Shown: one piece after another, positions 40,612 through 54,500 of the stretch
How positions within the stretch are numbered: the stretch's first letter is position 1
How the letters are laid out: every line of letters starts with the position of its first letter
NCBI RefSeq assembly: GCF_006345805.1
Contig: NC_043012.1
Coordinates: 4,278,001 to 4,342,000 of the forward strand
Reading direction: 5' to 3'
Source: Octopus sinensis
Taxonomy: Eukaryota
DNA: 64,000 nucleotides
The notes under the pieces: model-generated
The model's input: the letters and a program-made list of their open reading frames with translations, nothing else
What the model was told of the DNA's origin: nothing
Database searches by the model: none
Translations under genes and position numbers: made by a program

Positions 40612-41960
40612 AGTGAAAGCACATGGCCTAGTGGTTAGGTTATGTGGTCATGATTGCAAGGTCATGAGTTCAATTCCTGGCAGTACGCTGATGCTTCTGT
40701 AACTTTGGCTTTTTTTGTTTTTTGTAAGTAGTAGTGTTGACTTTGGAGTGAAAGCACGTGGCTTAGTGGTTAGGGCATTCAGCTCCCAATTGTAAGTCCA
40801 TGAGTTCAAATCCTGGCAGCTCATTGACTCCTTGGGTGAGACACTTTATTTCACATTGCTCCAGTCCACTGAGATGGCAAAAATGAGTAGTCTCTTGTCA
40901 GATTCTGTGTCAAGCTGAATCTCCCTGAGAACTACATAAGGGATATGTCAGTTTATGGAATACTCAGCTACTTGTATTTTAATTCTATGAGCAGGGTGTT
41001 CCATAGATCTGGTCAACTGGAACCCTTACTGTCATAACCGACTGAGTGCAAGTTTTTGTTCTTACTATTGTTGTTGTTTTTCATCTTGGTTTTGTTGCTT
41101 TTTTGTTGCTATTGTTATTGTTTACATGGCTTAGTGATTAGGTATTCGACCCACGATTACAAGGTTGTGAGTTCAATTTCTGGCAACGCATTGTGTCCTT
41201 GAGCAAGACACTTTATTCCAAGCTGCTCTAGTCTACTCAGCTGTCAAAAATGAATAGTACCTGTATTTCAAAGAGCCAGCCTTGTCACACTCGGTATCAC
41301 ACTAAATCTCCCTGAGAAGTACATTAAGGGTACATGTATCTGTGGAGTACTCAGCCATATGCTCATTAATTTCACAAGCAGCTGTTCTGTTGGGTGGATC
41401 AACTGGAACCTTCATCATCATAACTGATGGAATGCCAGTTTTTTATTGTCCTTATTGCTATGCTGCTGTTGTCTTCTTCTTCTTCCAATCACGACTCACG
41501 CCATTAGCCACAAAGAATAATCTCTAATTCGAGCCTACTCTAAGCCACTAAGGATGCGTGTGGCAACTTGAAGATCCACCCACCACACGTGATAGACTGG
41601 CGGTTGCACGGGTGCGAAAGCTACGTTGTTATCCTCATTCCGTAAACGGTGGCTTTTTAACGAGTGGAGAGCTGAACCATCTTGGGGTATAGAGGATTCG
41701 CAATCTAGACTAGGGTCTGAAAGTTTACCACACCATAGTGGGTTACACCATGGTTTCTCTGCTTTGTGACAGAAGTAGGAAGAAAGAGTGAGAGAAAGTT
41801 GTGGTGAAAGAGTACAGCGGGGTTCACCACTCTCCCACCCCCATGTGGAACTTAGGTGTTTTTTGCTCAATAAACACTCACAATGCCCGGTCTGGCAATC
41901 GAAACTGCGTTCTTACGACCGCAAGTCCGCTGCCCTAACCACTGGGCCATTGCGCCTCCA
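40612..41960. mobile_element. Cluster of four tRNA-headed SINEs (family C and a relative)
   Basis: A-box TGGC(C/T)TAGTGGTTAGG and B-box GAGTTCAA(T/A)TC(C/T) at ~40620, ~40755 and ~41125 (+), and a reverse copy ending ~41960; each is followed by a shared non-tRNA body. Confidence 0.82.
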
Positions 41961-43443
41961 CTGCTGCTCTGGTTGTTACTGTTGTTGTTATTGTTGTTTT
42001 ATGTTTTTTTTGCTCTCAAGCCAGACTTGATCTTACACACCTATGGTCAAAAACATTCTATCTATAACCATTCCATCCTTTTTTGACCCTTCAATAATAA
42101 TTTGTTCCAGACTATATTATCCAATGTGTCCCTTTTTTTTTAACAAGGTAGTATGTAGTTGGCTACTATTTCTAACAGGTTTAGTGACCCTGCATTCATT
42201 GTGTCAGAAAGTGGACCTAGTTAAGCTTATTGGTTAGTCAACTGAACAGGCCCCAGTTGTATTTGCTGTCTACTTATTTCCTCAACTCTAGTTGAAGGAA
42301 AAATTACATCAATCTCAGCAGGATTTGAACTCAGCCAGATAATCAAATAATCAGTCATATCTCATTCTGATATATACTGAGTTTTTAACACATGTCTAAG
42401 AAGAAATTTTCTTTCAGACACAAATTATAGCGTCACACCCTTCAATGGTGTATGACATTAGGTATGATACATAGGTAGCTATTTTGATTTAATGCTGCCT
42501 CAGTAGCATACACAAAGTTTATTTTAATCTGGCAAACTTTAACACAATGTTGCTAATCACTAGTTGCTAATGTATCAAGGCAGACAAATTTCATCTAGCA
42601 TGTGATGACTGGGTACATGTATGATGGGCTTCTCTCAGTTTCCATCTAGCAAATTCACTCACAAAGCTTTTGGTTGGCATGAGGATATAATAGAAGGCAC
42701 TTGCTTAATGTGCCACACAGTAGGACTGAACCCAAGACCATATGGTTCGGAAGTAAACTTCTTAATCATACAACCATGCCTGTGTGTATTATTATGATTA
42801 TTTAGTCCATAGTGGGAGTGAATTGTTCGTAGTTTGTCTTTGAGTGGGAGTTGATCATAAACTTCATCAGTGAATCTGATGTTCAGTATGAAATTGGATC
42901 ATTTTATACGAACAAGTTGATGTCAAGTTTAAATATACATTCTGATGGCAATAATTGAGATAAACTATGTCAGCTAAGATTTACCATTGCAAAAGTACAA
43001 AGTTTAAGGGTAATATTTGAAAAGAAGCATGGAAGCAGGCCAGCAAGTAGACAAGCAAGCAGACAAACAGGCAGGCGAATAGATTGGCATGCAGGAAGCC
43101 AGGCAAGTTGATACACAGTAAGATGAGCAGTTATAGAAGAGATGAACAAATGAAAGATGTACTCAACATATTTGGTTGGAGTTTTAAGGTTTATTCAGCT
43201 CCATTTTAAAGCTTTGTAAGCACAGAAATGTCCCAACTCTCTTTTACTCTTTTACTCGTTTCAGTCATTTGACTGTGGCCACTGCCTTTAGTCGAGCAAA
43301 TCGACCCTAGGACTTATTCTTTGTAAGCCTAGTACTTATTCTATCGGTCTCTTTTGCCGAACCGCTAAGTTACGGGGATGTAAACACACCAGCATCGGTT
43401 GTCAAGCGATGTTGGGGGGACAAACACAGACACACAAACATAT

Positions 43444-43479
<36 letters not shown>

Positions 43480-44443
43480 GATGGGCTTCTTTCAGTTTCC
43501 GTCTACCAAATCAACTCACAAGGCTTTGGTCGACCTGAGGCTATAGTAGAAGACACTTGCCCAAAGTGCCATGCAGTGGGACTGAACCCGGAACTATGTT
43601 GTTGGTAAGCAAGCTACCTACCACACAGCCATCCAGAGTTTGGCTTGGTTTTCATGGTTGGATACACTTCTTAATGCTAACTCTACTTTAGATAGTTTAC
43701 TATGTGCTTTTTTTTCACCTTGGGAAGTGCTATGTTTATGACAAGACAAAGGGATCTCACCTTACATTTTTTGTGAATGTAGTGGGTAGATTTTTATGTA
43801 GCACCAGCCCTGCAGAGGTAGCCACATTCACAATACTGGGGGAAAGAGATTTCTCAATCCCATATGTCCTTGCTCACTAACCTCTTTACAGAGTGAGAAA
43901 CACAAGGAATATGACAAACAGAGCCAGGATTAATAGTGTAAAGCAGCGTTTCTCAAATGGGGTTCCCCAGAATCCTAGGGTTCTGTGAGAAAGAGTGAGA
44001 TAAGCTAATGCTAAGTTCATGATGTTATTATTACTATACATGCACAACATATTTTGGCTATTGTAATACTGTAGTATAGACATCATCCATCTAACCTATT
44101 ATGTTATCAAAAAAATATGACAACCATTTGGAATGTATTTAGTGATGTCTGTAATCTATGGATGCCCTGTGTGGTTATACATTTTAATGAACTGGACTTT
44201 TTATGTATATATGTCTGCTTTAAATTTAAATGTGAGTGTACATGTATTTCCTTGATGTTGGTTATAGAACTATGAGTTCAATATGGAAAATAATTGTGTT
44301 TGTTAATGTATACTGATATATTTTGTTTATATTGTATTAATGTGTATATATATATGTGTAGAATTATGAGTGTCTATGCACACATTTTTATATTTTTTAT
44401 TTTTATATTTATATGTAAATTTTTTTCATACTTACATTAAATT

Positions 44444-44552
44444 CTCTGAAGAGGCCGTGGGACATTCTTGTTAATGTCTCATTTATACCTGCTTTATATG
44501 GCTAATAGGTTAAATGGGACACACCTGTCTTCACGGCCGAAACAGCTGTCAG
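44444..44552 (+). ncRNA. Type I minimal hammerhead ribozyme (Penelope-type) with extended stem II
   Basis: CTGAAGA 44446-52; stem II GGCCGTG 44453-59 with CACGGCC 44532-38; GAAAC 44539-43; AGCT; GTC cleavage triplet 44548-50; stem I CT/AG. All invariant core positions are present. Confidence 0.75.
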
Positions 44553-44776
44553 CTATGATGTAATTGTATTTTCTATTTCTATTTCCATGTCTAGTTATAT
44601 TTGCAATATATTATGTATAATGTCATTGCTGTTGTGTAATGGTTTAATAAAGTATTGATTGGGTATTATCTGATGGTTGATGATTGATTTAGGTATGTTT
44701 CTCCATTTTCTCATTTTGTATTATATATATATATATATATATTTTGTATTATATATATATATATATATATATATTT

Positions 44777-44932
44777 ATACAAAATTAAGAAGAATGACCA
44801 CTAAAGTGGACACCTAATATGCTAAACATGGACATCAAATTGCCATTGCCTTCTTCATGGTAATGGCAATTTGACGTCTATGTTTAGCATATTAGGTGTC
44901 CACTTTAGTGGTCATTCCTCTTAATTTTGTAT
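44777..44932. repeat. 156-bp near-perfect palindrome abutting a (TA)n tract
   Basis: Arms 44777-44850 and 44859-44932 (74 bp each, four transition mismatches, no gaps); 8-nt loop TTCTTCAT. Confidence 0.95.
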
Positions 44933-45713
44933 GAAACACCAAACCACCCCATAGAATGGACCAAGTGTTTTTTATGTGGCACAAGTACAAGGAAGGTTAG
45001 TTTTGGCATGGTTTTTACAGCTGGATGCCCTTCCAAATGCCAATCACTTCACAGGGTGGACTGGATGCATTTTATGTAGCACCAGCACTAGCAGGGTCAC
45101 CAAGTAACTTGCAAGACAAGGAATTTTGAGAGGGGAAGGGACAATGGAAGAGGGGATCTTGTGTCAGGTGACAAAAAGTTAGAGTGTGACTGAAAGACAA
45201 ATGAGGTTCAAAATTTGACAGCTGTTTTGTCAAGAATTTTATTGCCATATCCATAGATTACATCATAACATATAATCAACCATATTCAGGTATTATGGTT
45301 GGGAAGTAAGCTTTTTGCCACACAGCCACGCCCATGTACGTATATATATATATATGTATGTATCACTTTATCTATATATACACACACACACATGCATACA
45401 TACATATGTGTATATCTATATCTTTTAACCTTTACTTGTTTCATTTATTAGATTGATTATTTATTAGATTTATTATTGATCAGGAAGAGTATCCAGTTAT
45501 AGAAACGATTCTAAATCAGACGTTGCGGTTCACTGATCCTATCAAATTGCTCACCCCATAAGCGGATGTTAAATGATGTTGATGGTTTAATTGGTAGAAG
45601 TTAAAAAGTGACGTAACTCTCGGCTCTTGAGTCACTTGTAACTTCTGCTGATTTGTCAAACCATCCAACCCATGCCTGCATGGAAAACAGACGTTAAATG
45701 ATGATGATGATGC

Positions 45714-45762
<49 letters not shown>

Positions 45763-46199
45763 GTGCTTATATATCTATGTGTGCGATTGTGTGTATATGT
45801 ATACAGACTCATACATATGTCGATAGATCGAGAGAGAGAGAGAGATTGGTAGAATCGAGAGAACGTCAGTCAAACAGCCTTGCGATATTTTATTTTGGCT
45901 CTTTACGTTCTGCGTTCAAATCCTGAAGAGGTCGACTTAGCTATTAATTCTTGCGGCGGAGGGAGTGGGGGAGGGCAATAAAATAAAAAAGACTAGTCAC
46001 GTACTAAGGTGAAAAAATAGAACTTGGGGGGAGAGGAGAATGTTAAGAAATAGGCGTTCATGTATTTGAATGTTATATCATAAATGAGGATGCGTGAAGG
46101 CAAAGGTCGAAGAAAGTGTGACGAGGAATAATAGAAAGAAGTCGAATTAGCAGCAAAAGACAAATTGTTTTCCATTCGGAAACCTCAGCTAAATTTCCA

Positions 46200-46420
46200 A
46201 CTTTAATCTCATACTTAAGCATATATGACTTAAATTGAGATTTGGCTGCCTTTTCTAGCAGCTGGAACGACCATACAGGAGATCCATCCTCCACCGTCCT
46301 TATTGACCAGAGGCCAACTCTGAGATACTCTCGCCGCTGCGAAACGATGTTTCGTTTATGACATAGAAATGCGCATGCGCCGATCTTTACTAATTGTCTG
46401 GTCACGTGATCGGGCTGCCC
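46200..46420. promoter_or_regulatory. CpG-rich promoter-like element with NRF1 and E-box/CLEAR motifs; probable first exon on the minus strand
   Basis: TGCGCATGCGC 46370-80, GTCACGTGAT 46401-10 and palindrome CGAAAC-GAT-GTTTCG 46340-54, located at the CpG-content transition. A candidate minus-strand donor (ATGCTTAA|GTATGA) lies near 46215. Confidence 0.6.
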
Positions 46421-47558
46421 TAAAAATAAGAATATTGGCATCCATTTTATTACCCCTCCTCCTTGTACTATTATTATTATTATCAGCCGTAGTAATTATT
46501 GTGGCATCGAAACTAATTTAAGAGAAGAAGGATTAAATTTTTTATAATAGAATGTTTTCATAATCAGTATTTACTGATTGTACGTGAGAAAAAAAAAAAT
46601 CTATGCAGTATAAGTATTGCATCGCATCTTGTGACATATACGTAACCGTGTCTTTGAATAAATAACTAAAAGTGTTGACCCTGTTAATTACCACACCTTT
46701 AAGAACCATAATTATTTGTTATAGCATTTATTTATTTGTAATAAATGAAACGAGTACAAGAGAAGAAACGGTATATTTCATATTGCATAAAGCAGTATTA
46801 TTGTAAATTCAAAAATGTAATACACACAGTCTAATAGAGAGAGTGAGAAAGAGAGAGAGATCTATCTCGTCTTGTGATGCATGCGCAACTGTGTCGCTGA
46901 ATAATGTTACTGCTGTGCCCTTGTTTGTTATTACCACCCCCCTTCCACCACTACTTCCACTCATTATTATTATTATTATTAAATAGATAGTGACATCATA
47001 TCACATCTAGTGACGCTCATTCAGTACTTGTGTTGTAGCTTGTAGATAATAACTGCTGATAGTACTTAATATTATTACTGTGCTTAGTGTGGTTTCTCTG
47101 CGTATGCGTGGTAGTGTGTGAGTGTGTGTTTAACACTAACAACCAAGTGACTGCTGCTGCTGCTGCTGTTGTAGTTCTGGATTTTGTTGTTGTTTCTTTT
47201 TTTTACTTCTTGGGTGTTGTTGTTGTTGTTTGAGTGGTAAGAAAGAAATAAGAGAGAGAAAGTGTGTGCATGAGAGAGAAAGGAGATAGACAAACAGACA
47301 GAGAGATAGAGAAAGAGAAAGAGATAGAGAGAGAGAGAGTAAAGGAAGACTCCAATTGCCTTTCAGCTTCCAACTCGAAGAGGAAAGAAGCTGATTTTTT
47401 TTTTAACTTCAACAAATATATTTTATATATATTATAAGTATATATATGCATTTATAAAAAATAAATACATACTAAACACAGAGAGAGCGGAAAAAAGAAC
47501 TCGTCAGAAGGACCAAATACATTTGCTGTTCTCTTCTTTGTAAGAACGCCCGCCGATC

Positions 47559-47622
47559 ATGGTTTCTATACAACTTTTCCTCGCAGCTTTTATCCAACTT
47601 CTCGTCATCGCTTATGCAGATG
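47559..47622 (+). CDS. Probable first coding exon encoding a signal peptide (MVSIQLFLAAFIQLLVIAYA|D), phase-1 intron
   Basis: ATG at 47559 after a CpG-containing leader, a hydrophobic core, an A-x-A cleavage motif and consensus donor G|GTAAGC at 47623. A signal exon followed by a phase-1 intron is typical of secreted or membrane proteins. Downstream exons are not identified. Confidence 0.55.
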
Positions 47623-47791
47623 GTAAGCTAAAATTAATTAATTCTTACGAATGTATATAGCAAATTTGATTGTTAATTTTTTTGCCCTCTTTATTTCCCC
47701 TTCTACAGGGTTTTTATGCTTGTTGCACTTAAAGGTTGCTTACTTTATGAGGTGCACACACACACACACACACACAAACATTATAATTCGA

Positions 47792-47825
<34 letters not shown>

Positions 47826-48209
47826 ACTCTATATAATTATATTTTAATCTCGTGTCATTGACTCTTAAGATTGTTATTTGTATCAGTTTCTCGGAGGCTG
47901 CTTTTAATACTGTCGCTCCAGCTTTTAGAAATTGCTGCTAAAAATACCAAAAAAGAAAAAAAATCTTCCTCATATCGCAAACCAATACAGTCTTCGATAA
48001 CGAGAAGTACAAATTAGATAACGTAGTTCAAGACATAACCTTAAAAAGACGGTGGTGTCACGGCTGGAATGCCTTTGACCATAGGTCTCCCTCGATCGGA
48101 GCTGGCCTTGGGTTAAACATCTTGTTTCCTTCCTCCTACCTTACAATTTCTTTAACGCTTTATTAGTATATATCTATGTCTAACAGTCAGTTATTAATAA
48201 CCTGTTTAA

Positions 48210-48585
48210 ATGTATATATATATGTATATATGAATATATATGTGTATATATGAATATATATGTGTATATATGAATATATGTGTATATATGAATATATATG
48301 TATATATGAATATATATGTATATATATGTGTATATATGAATATATATGTGTATATATGAATATATATGTGTATATATGAATATATATGTGTATATATGAA
48401 TATATATGTGTATATATGAATATATATGTGTATATATGAATATATATGTGTATATATGAATATATATGTGTATATATGAATATATATGTGTATATATGAA
48501 TATATATGTGTATATATGAATATATATGTGTATATATGAATATATATGTGTATATATGAATATATGTGTATATATATGTATATCC
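48210..48585. repeat. 20-bp minisatellite (TATATATGTGTATATATGAA)n
   Basis: About 11 perfect consecutive units at 48341-48560 with degenerate flanks. Confidence 0.95.
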
Positions 48586-51500
48586 TGAATGTGCATGACA
48601 TTTATTTTATCATTTCGTGATTAATAAAAAAAAAAACCTCGAAAAACGAAAGTCGATTTAGTTGATGATTCCTTCCCATCGTAACGAGTGGCATTGGATT
48701 GTAAAAGAAAGCAGGAGAAAAGGTACCAATTGTTGGTTTGTAGCTGATTAATTCCACTTCGTTCGCTACTCGGAGTTTCACGCTACGTAATAGGCGAACT
48801 TTTAGATATTTTTTTCTTCTCGTCCGAAGGATGCGTTAAATATGAAGGAACTCATTCGCAATAGAATATAAATATTGTAATTGACATAACGGCTTTAGAG
48901 AATATTATCAAGTACGGTGGAAGTCGCCGTGTAATGTGATCAATTTAGGACGAAGCCTTTTTCATAATAACCGGTTGATCACGTTAAACGAATAAGGTAC
49001 TTGGAACCTATTAATTTCGATAACGATACCCAGCTTATATATATAGCATTAACCGCGATTATAATAAGCGGCTTCCTCTATTTTTTTTTCATTTATTTTG
49101 AAGCTGCAACTTGACATATCTCAACTACTATTTTCATGTTTTCGATTCTCATATTTTCATTGTAATAAAACATTTTATGTATTAACGGCAATAGAATACA
49201 ATTTATGGAAGTAAATGGACAATAACAGTAAAAACGAGCAAAATTTTTTTCTAAATTGTTTAGTGTTATCTGACGAGAGTTGGTGATATGGGTTGGGTTA
49301 TATATGTATTTATATTCTTGCATCATCGCTCATGGAGAGAGGTGAGCCTGCTAAACAAATTCCGAAGAATACAAATACGGGAAGATTTTATTGAAGCTTA
49401 GTATATTGTTGGACCTTGTTTTTAGCTCCGAGTCGGCGGACCCTGATCCAGCAAGAACTATAATCAAATGCAATTTCTATCCACGACCATCTCCGCATTA
49501 TCCTGCTTGTCCTTTCCTTTCAAAAAAATGGTAACCATTGGAGAGTGATTTGTAGCACGTCGAACGACCATGCCGAGGTTTATCTCTTTGAATCGTGGAT
49601 CAAGCTTATCCAAGAGCAATGGTGTCAATTTAACTTTCAGGTTGCAGCTTATTCTTTACCAATACGACTATAATTCAGAGGTATACCAGCCGCGACAATC
49701 CTGTCTGATTGCAAGGCACTGTATCCAAAGTCACATTATCCAGTGTGACCATATCTTTTTATTTATTTCTAGGCAATAAGGGTCTAATTTGAGGGACAAT
49801 CCTCTACTTCAAGCGTGCTCTGTTTGCTAGAAAAAGGAACTAAATCTCTCCTGCAGATAACACCTGACCATCCAAAGTACAACAGTGTAGTTGTAAATGT
49901 ACAGAGAAATGGCTGGTTACAGCTGGAAGACGAATTTTATCAGCCTGTCTCATTCGGTGAGGACTGTCCTGGAGTTTGCACTCCTTCGTGCTGTGATATC
50001 GAGATCCTCTTACATCTGACACCCACCTATCTTCCTTCCTACTGCTACCATTTTACCTCTCCGCCACCATTTACTAGTATTTGCTACTATTACTACTGCT
50101 ACCTCCGTCACTACTTGCTGATCACATTCGTATTCCATATTAGTTAATACTGATTGTGTCGAGTCTTTGCGCGTATATATATATATATACACACATACAC
50201 TCGATAAATAATTATGAAAATACCTGGGAAAAATATAGCACTCGATATATATATTATAAATAATGGTCTGTACACGCTTGAATATGTGTGTGTATAAATA
50301 AAAACTGTACATAAGGTTTTGTACATAGCACGTGTGTGCGTGTATACGGTTTGGTGTGTGTATGTATGTATATATACATATATGATGTTTTATTTTGGTC
50401 GAGTCAGTGTCTTATCGAGTTCGCTTGTGGGTACTTCGGATCCTCAGGCAAATGTACTCTTGTGTCCCAGCTTGACCAAAATAAAAAAAAAATGTTATTA
50501 ATGTATACTTCATGGTACCAAATACCTTTTCCTCCGACACTAAACACACGTGTGTGTGTATATAATATATAGTTACTTAGCCTCAGCTGTTCTGTTTCAC
50601 TCCAAAACGTTTTCGCATCAGCGCTATTGTATTCAAGCGCCTGTGCACCTATCTGTTTTATAATATGTTATATTATCTCTATCCCTCTTCAACCAAGCCA
50701 GTTCTGAATTATTTATAGTACATGCTACATCAGTTTAAAGTTTTATTTGCCTTAGAATACACCCAGTTGCAATTATTCCAGTGCATGGCGATGTGTGTGT
50801 GTGTATGGCAGCCGCCGAGAGTTGTTACGTAAAGGTCAGCTATGATGGGGAAAATATTCACGGAATCACGATATACAGTTGCGCATATATTTATATACAC
50901 ACGCACCGAATATGTTGTTGTTGTTGTTGCCTTTTCACGTCCACTACTCGGAGTTACCTCGAATTTTCGTTGAAAGTTTCACTTCATTCAATAACCGTAT
51001 AACTATAGTCTATACATTGAGTGCTCTTTCGCTTTTTTTCCCCCCATCAATTTCGGAATTGTGTGTATCAAAGTGTGTACATACGTGCTTTTGGATGTGT
51101 TAAATACGATTTTTAAAAATAAATACGATGTGTTAAATACACAATGAAAGTATAGAATAAGTAAACCCGGTGTTCGGGGTTAGGGTTTTTGTTACGCCGA
51201 AAACGGGAGGTGTACGTATTCTTTATCTCCGCCAAATACGCTTTTTTAACCGGCTGATTTAAAGGGGGGGGGGAGAATTCTTTTCTGCTGTGTTTTTAGC
51301 AGGAGTCATGATTTCGTTCCTTGACAGATCCAGTTTTACTCAACTCTGCTAATAAATTTAAAGAAATATCCAAACTAACAACTTGCCATTTACTCCTCCC
51401 CTAACATTCCAAGCATTTGTGTCTCTTTCGATGCATTTCCTACCATTATGACTGTGTTCGCGTTCCTTGAAATTTTGCCGTAACGTGAAATTAACTTTCC

Positions 51501-54500
51501 TTTGACTTCCATGGGAAAGGGATTTCTCAATATGGCAATATTTTCGGGCGCAAAACATTTTTGTGAAGCAGTGTTTGTTATCTCACTGTTTTGAGTTCAG
51601 TTCACGCCGGTGACAAGTTGCCAGTGACACACACACATACACACACACACACACACATATATATATACATACATACACACACGTATACATGCACATATAT
51701 GTCGTTTCAATCGACTTGTTTTTAAATCATGTCCTTAGAAAATTTGATTTGTACGAGTTGATGTAAGTTTAAAATGTTTCAAACGCGTTGACAAAGTGAA
51801 ACGAGATTTCGCGGAGTTCATGGCTTTTTCAAGGTTATTTATTCTGTCTGACGAAAGAATGTATTAAATGGCTGGTAAGAATTAGCGCAGAATGTATAAA
51901 GTTGTACTTGAGATATTGAAGGTACCTTTTATTCGGTCGGTCTCTCTCAGCTGAAGTAGTGAGAGTGTGATTGTGATAGTCAATGAGTACCTCTTTTAAA
52001 TACGAGGGGGTTGGTTCTGTTGGCCATTTAGCCTTCTTATATGACAGAAAAAAAAAGTGTATAACTTAAAAATAGACAGTAAAAAAACCCACCGAGATTG
52101 CTGCGATTCTCGGTTACAGGTATCTCACTTCCCCTCTGTCGTGTCTCGTAATCTCAGCTTTCTTGCTTCCGAGCCAACAATTAAACATACACTGTCGCTC
52201 GGACTGCTAGAAATAACAGCCAAATTTCGCTCTCAAATCGTACCTTACCGTCTTTAAAAAAACCAAGGGCATCTGGATGATGATGTTATCGATGTGCCAT
52301 GGTTGATGAAAAGAATTCTTTGACCATAGGTAATATTGCATTGAGAAACAGTCCTGTCCATATAGGGTATTGATGTGACATACATACAGCAATAATACTA
52401 TAAATAAATCTTAATTAACTGGAATAATTCTGTAAAACGTGTTCGTTCTGAGCGTGCGGTAAATTTATCTTGAAATTATGTCTTAGAAACTTTTATCCAC
52501 TAGTAGAGTACTCGCGAAGTGTTACAGAGATAAGTTAGTTTCTGAATGAAATCATTCTGACACTTCCCAGCCATTTCACCTGTAGTCACTTCTCTTAGAT
52601 ACATGTATCATTTCGTTTAGTCAGCAGGTGTATTCCAAATGAACTGGTCATGACATCAAGAAACTTGGGATCTGGGGCACCTTAGCCATCCAAGATTGTT
52701 ATAATGAAACAGTGACACAGAGTGTGAAAACAGAGGTGTATCCAAAAGTCATGACCTGGATGCGGCCCCGCCCCCTTCAAGTGTAAGGAGTTTAGGCCGG
52801 AATACCTTCATGCGGAGGGCTTCTTTTCTGAAGGCCCTCTGTTGTTCAGCCTTCCCCTTGACCTCTCTCTGTGAAATATTTGTTTATTAAAGCTGGCAGA
52901 ATCGTTAGAGCATCTGAAGAATGTCCTTTAGGAGTTGTTCAGGCCCTTTACGTTCTGAGTTGAAAACCCCACCAATATCAACTTTGTATTTCATTCCTCC
53001 GGGTCGGTCGGAGATCGATAAAATAAGGAAAGGAAAACAATGGACATGTAACTGGCGTCAATGTAATTAACTTACTCCCTCCTTCAAAATTTTGACCTTG
53101 TGCCTATATTAGAAAACAGTTATTGATATCATGACACTTTTATAACAGGTATCATGACTTTAACATATTTTGACCACCAATACGCCAAGTATTATGACCC
53201 ACAATACATTCGCATTTCAATAGTGAAGGGTTTTCTGACAGAAACTAAATGTTTATTGAAACGACCCTTTTCCCATACAACAGTGGCTGTTCTTTATCAG
53301 AGCCAAACTATGAATGTTATCTGTGTGTGTTGTGATCTTTGAATTGAATGGAGCTTCCATCTTTTTTTTTTTGTCTTGCTACACAGTTTTTTGTTTTGTT
53401 TTCAACTGAGGTTGTGTGTGTGTGTAATCAAAAAGGGAGCATTGTAAAGTGCAACACGCAACCAGGTACCGGGCTCATTTGTGGGTGTCACTTCCACTCG
53501 TGTATCCAGTGCGGTACAACGCGGTACACCAACCTCGGGAAAGGCGAGTGTGCAGAATACAATCCAGATAATAATCCTTTCTACTAAAGGCACAAGGCCT
53601 GAAATTTTGGGGACGAGGACTGGTCGATTACATCGACCCCACTATTCCACTGGTACTTAATTTATCGATCCTAAAATGATGAAAGGCAATGATGACCTCG
53701 GTGGAATTTGAACTCAGAATGTGAAGACGGACGAAATGTTGCTAAGTATTTGTCCAGTTCGCTCATGATTCTGCCAGCTCACTTCTCTAATAATAACACT
53801 TTCTGCTAAAGGCTCAAGGCCTGGAATTTGGTGAGAGGGGACTAGTTGATTACATCGACCCCAGAGTTGCACTGGTACTCAATTTATCGACTCCGAAAGG
53901 ATGGAAGGCAAAGTCGACCGCGGCGGAATCTGAACCCAGAACGTAGGGACGGACGAAGTGTCGCAAAGCATTTCGCCCGACGTGCTAACGTTTCTGCCAA
54001 GCTTGTCGCCGCCTTATAAATAACAACATTCAGGAAACAGGTGTGTATTCAATGCTTTATAGGCTATACACGCGTTTCAGCAAAATGCCCAAATTGTTAC
54101 ATAACAGTAGTAGAAATATTATGCAGCCATGTACTCCACCTCACCACGGCTGTTCTCTGCTTATTAGTTTTTGCTCCGTCCATCCATCCATACACGCACG
54201 CACTGTGGACATGGATAAATATATTTGCGCTTATGCGTACACACACGTATATATGAGTGTTTGTGTATAATCTGGGCTCGTTTTATACAAGGAAAGAGAC
54301 ATTATGACGATTATCTTTCCCAAGGGCATTGATGACAGCTTGCTGTGGAAACCTGTTTTCTGGTTTTGTCCACTTCACAATATACACCTTCACATGTATG
54401 ATATTGTCGGTGTCGGGATTTTTTATAACATCCAGTTGACTTAATATGTAACCTTGTCTCACTACAACATACTGGTTCTTCGGATTATCTTGCACCACTT

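Noticed and set aside
40612-41960. tRNA genes
   Set aside because: A and B boxes are present, but there is no complete cloverleaf or acceptor stem and each runs into a shared SINE body.
51172-51190. GGGGTTAGGGTT telomere-like motif
   Set aside because: Fewer than two full units; expected by chance.
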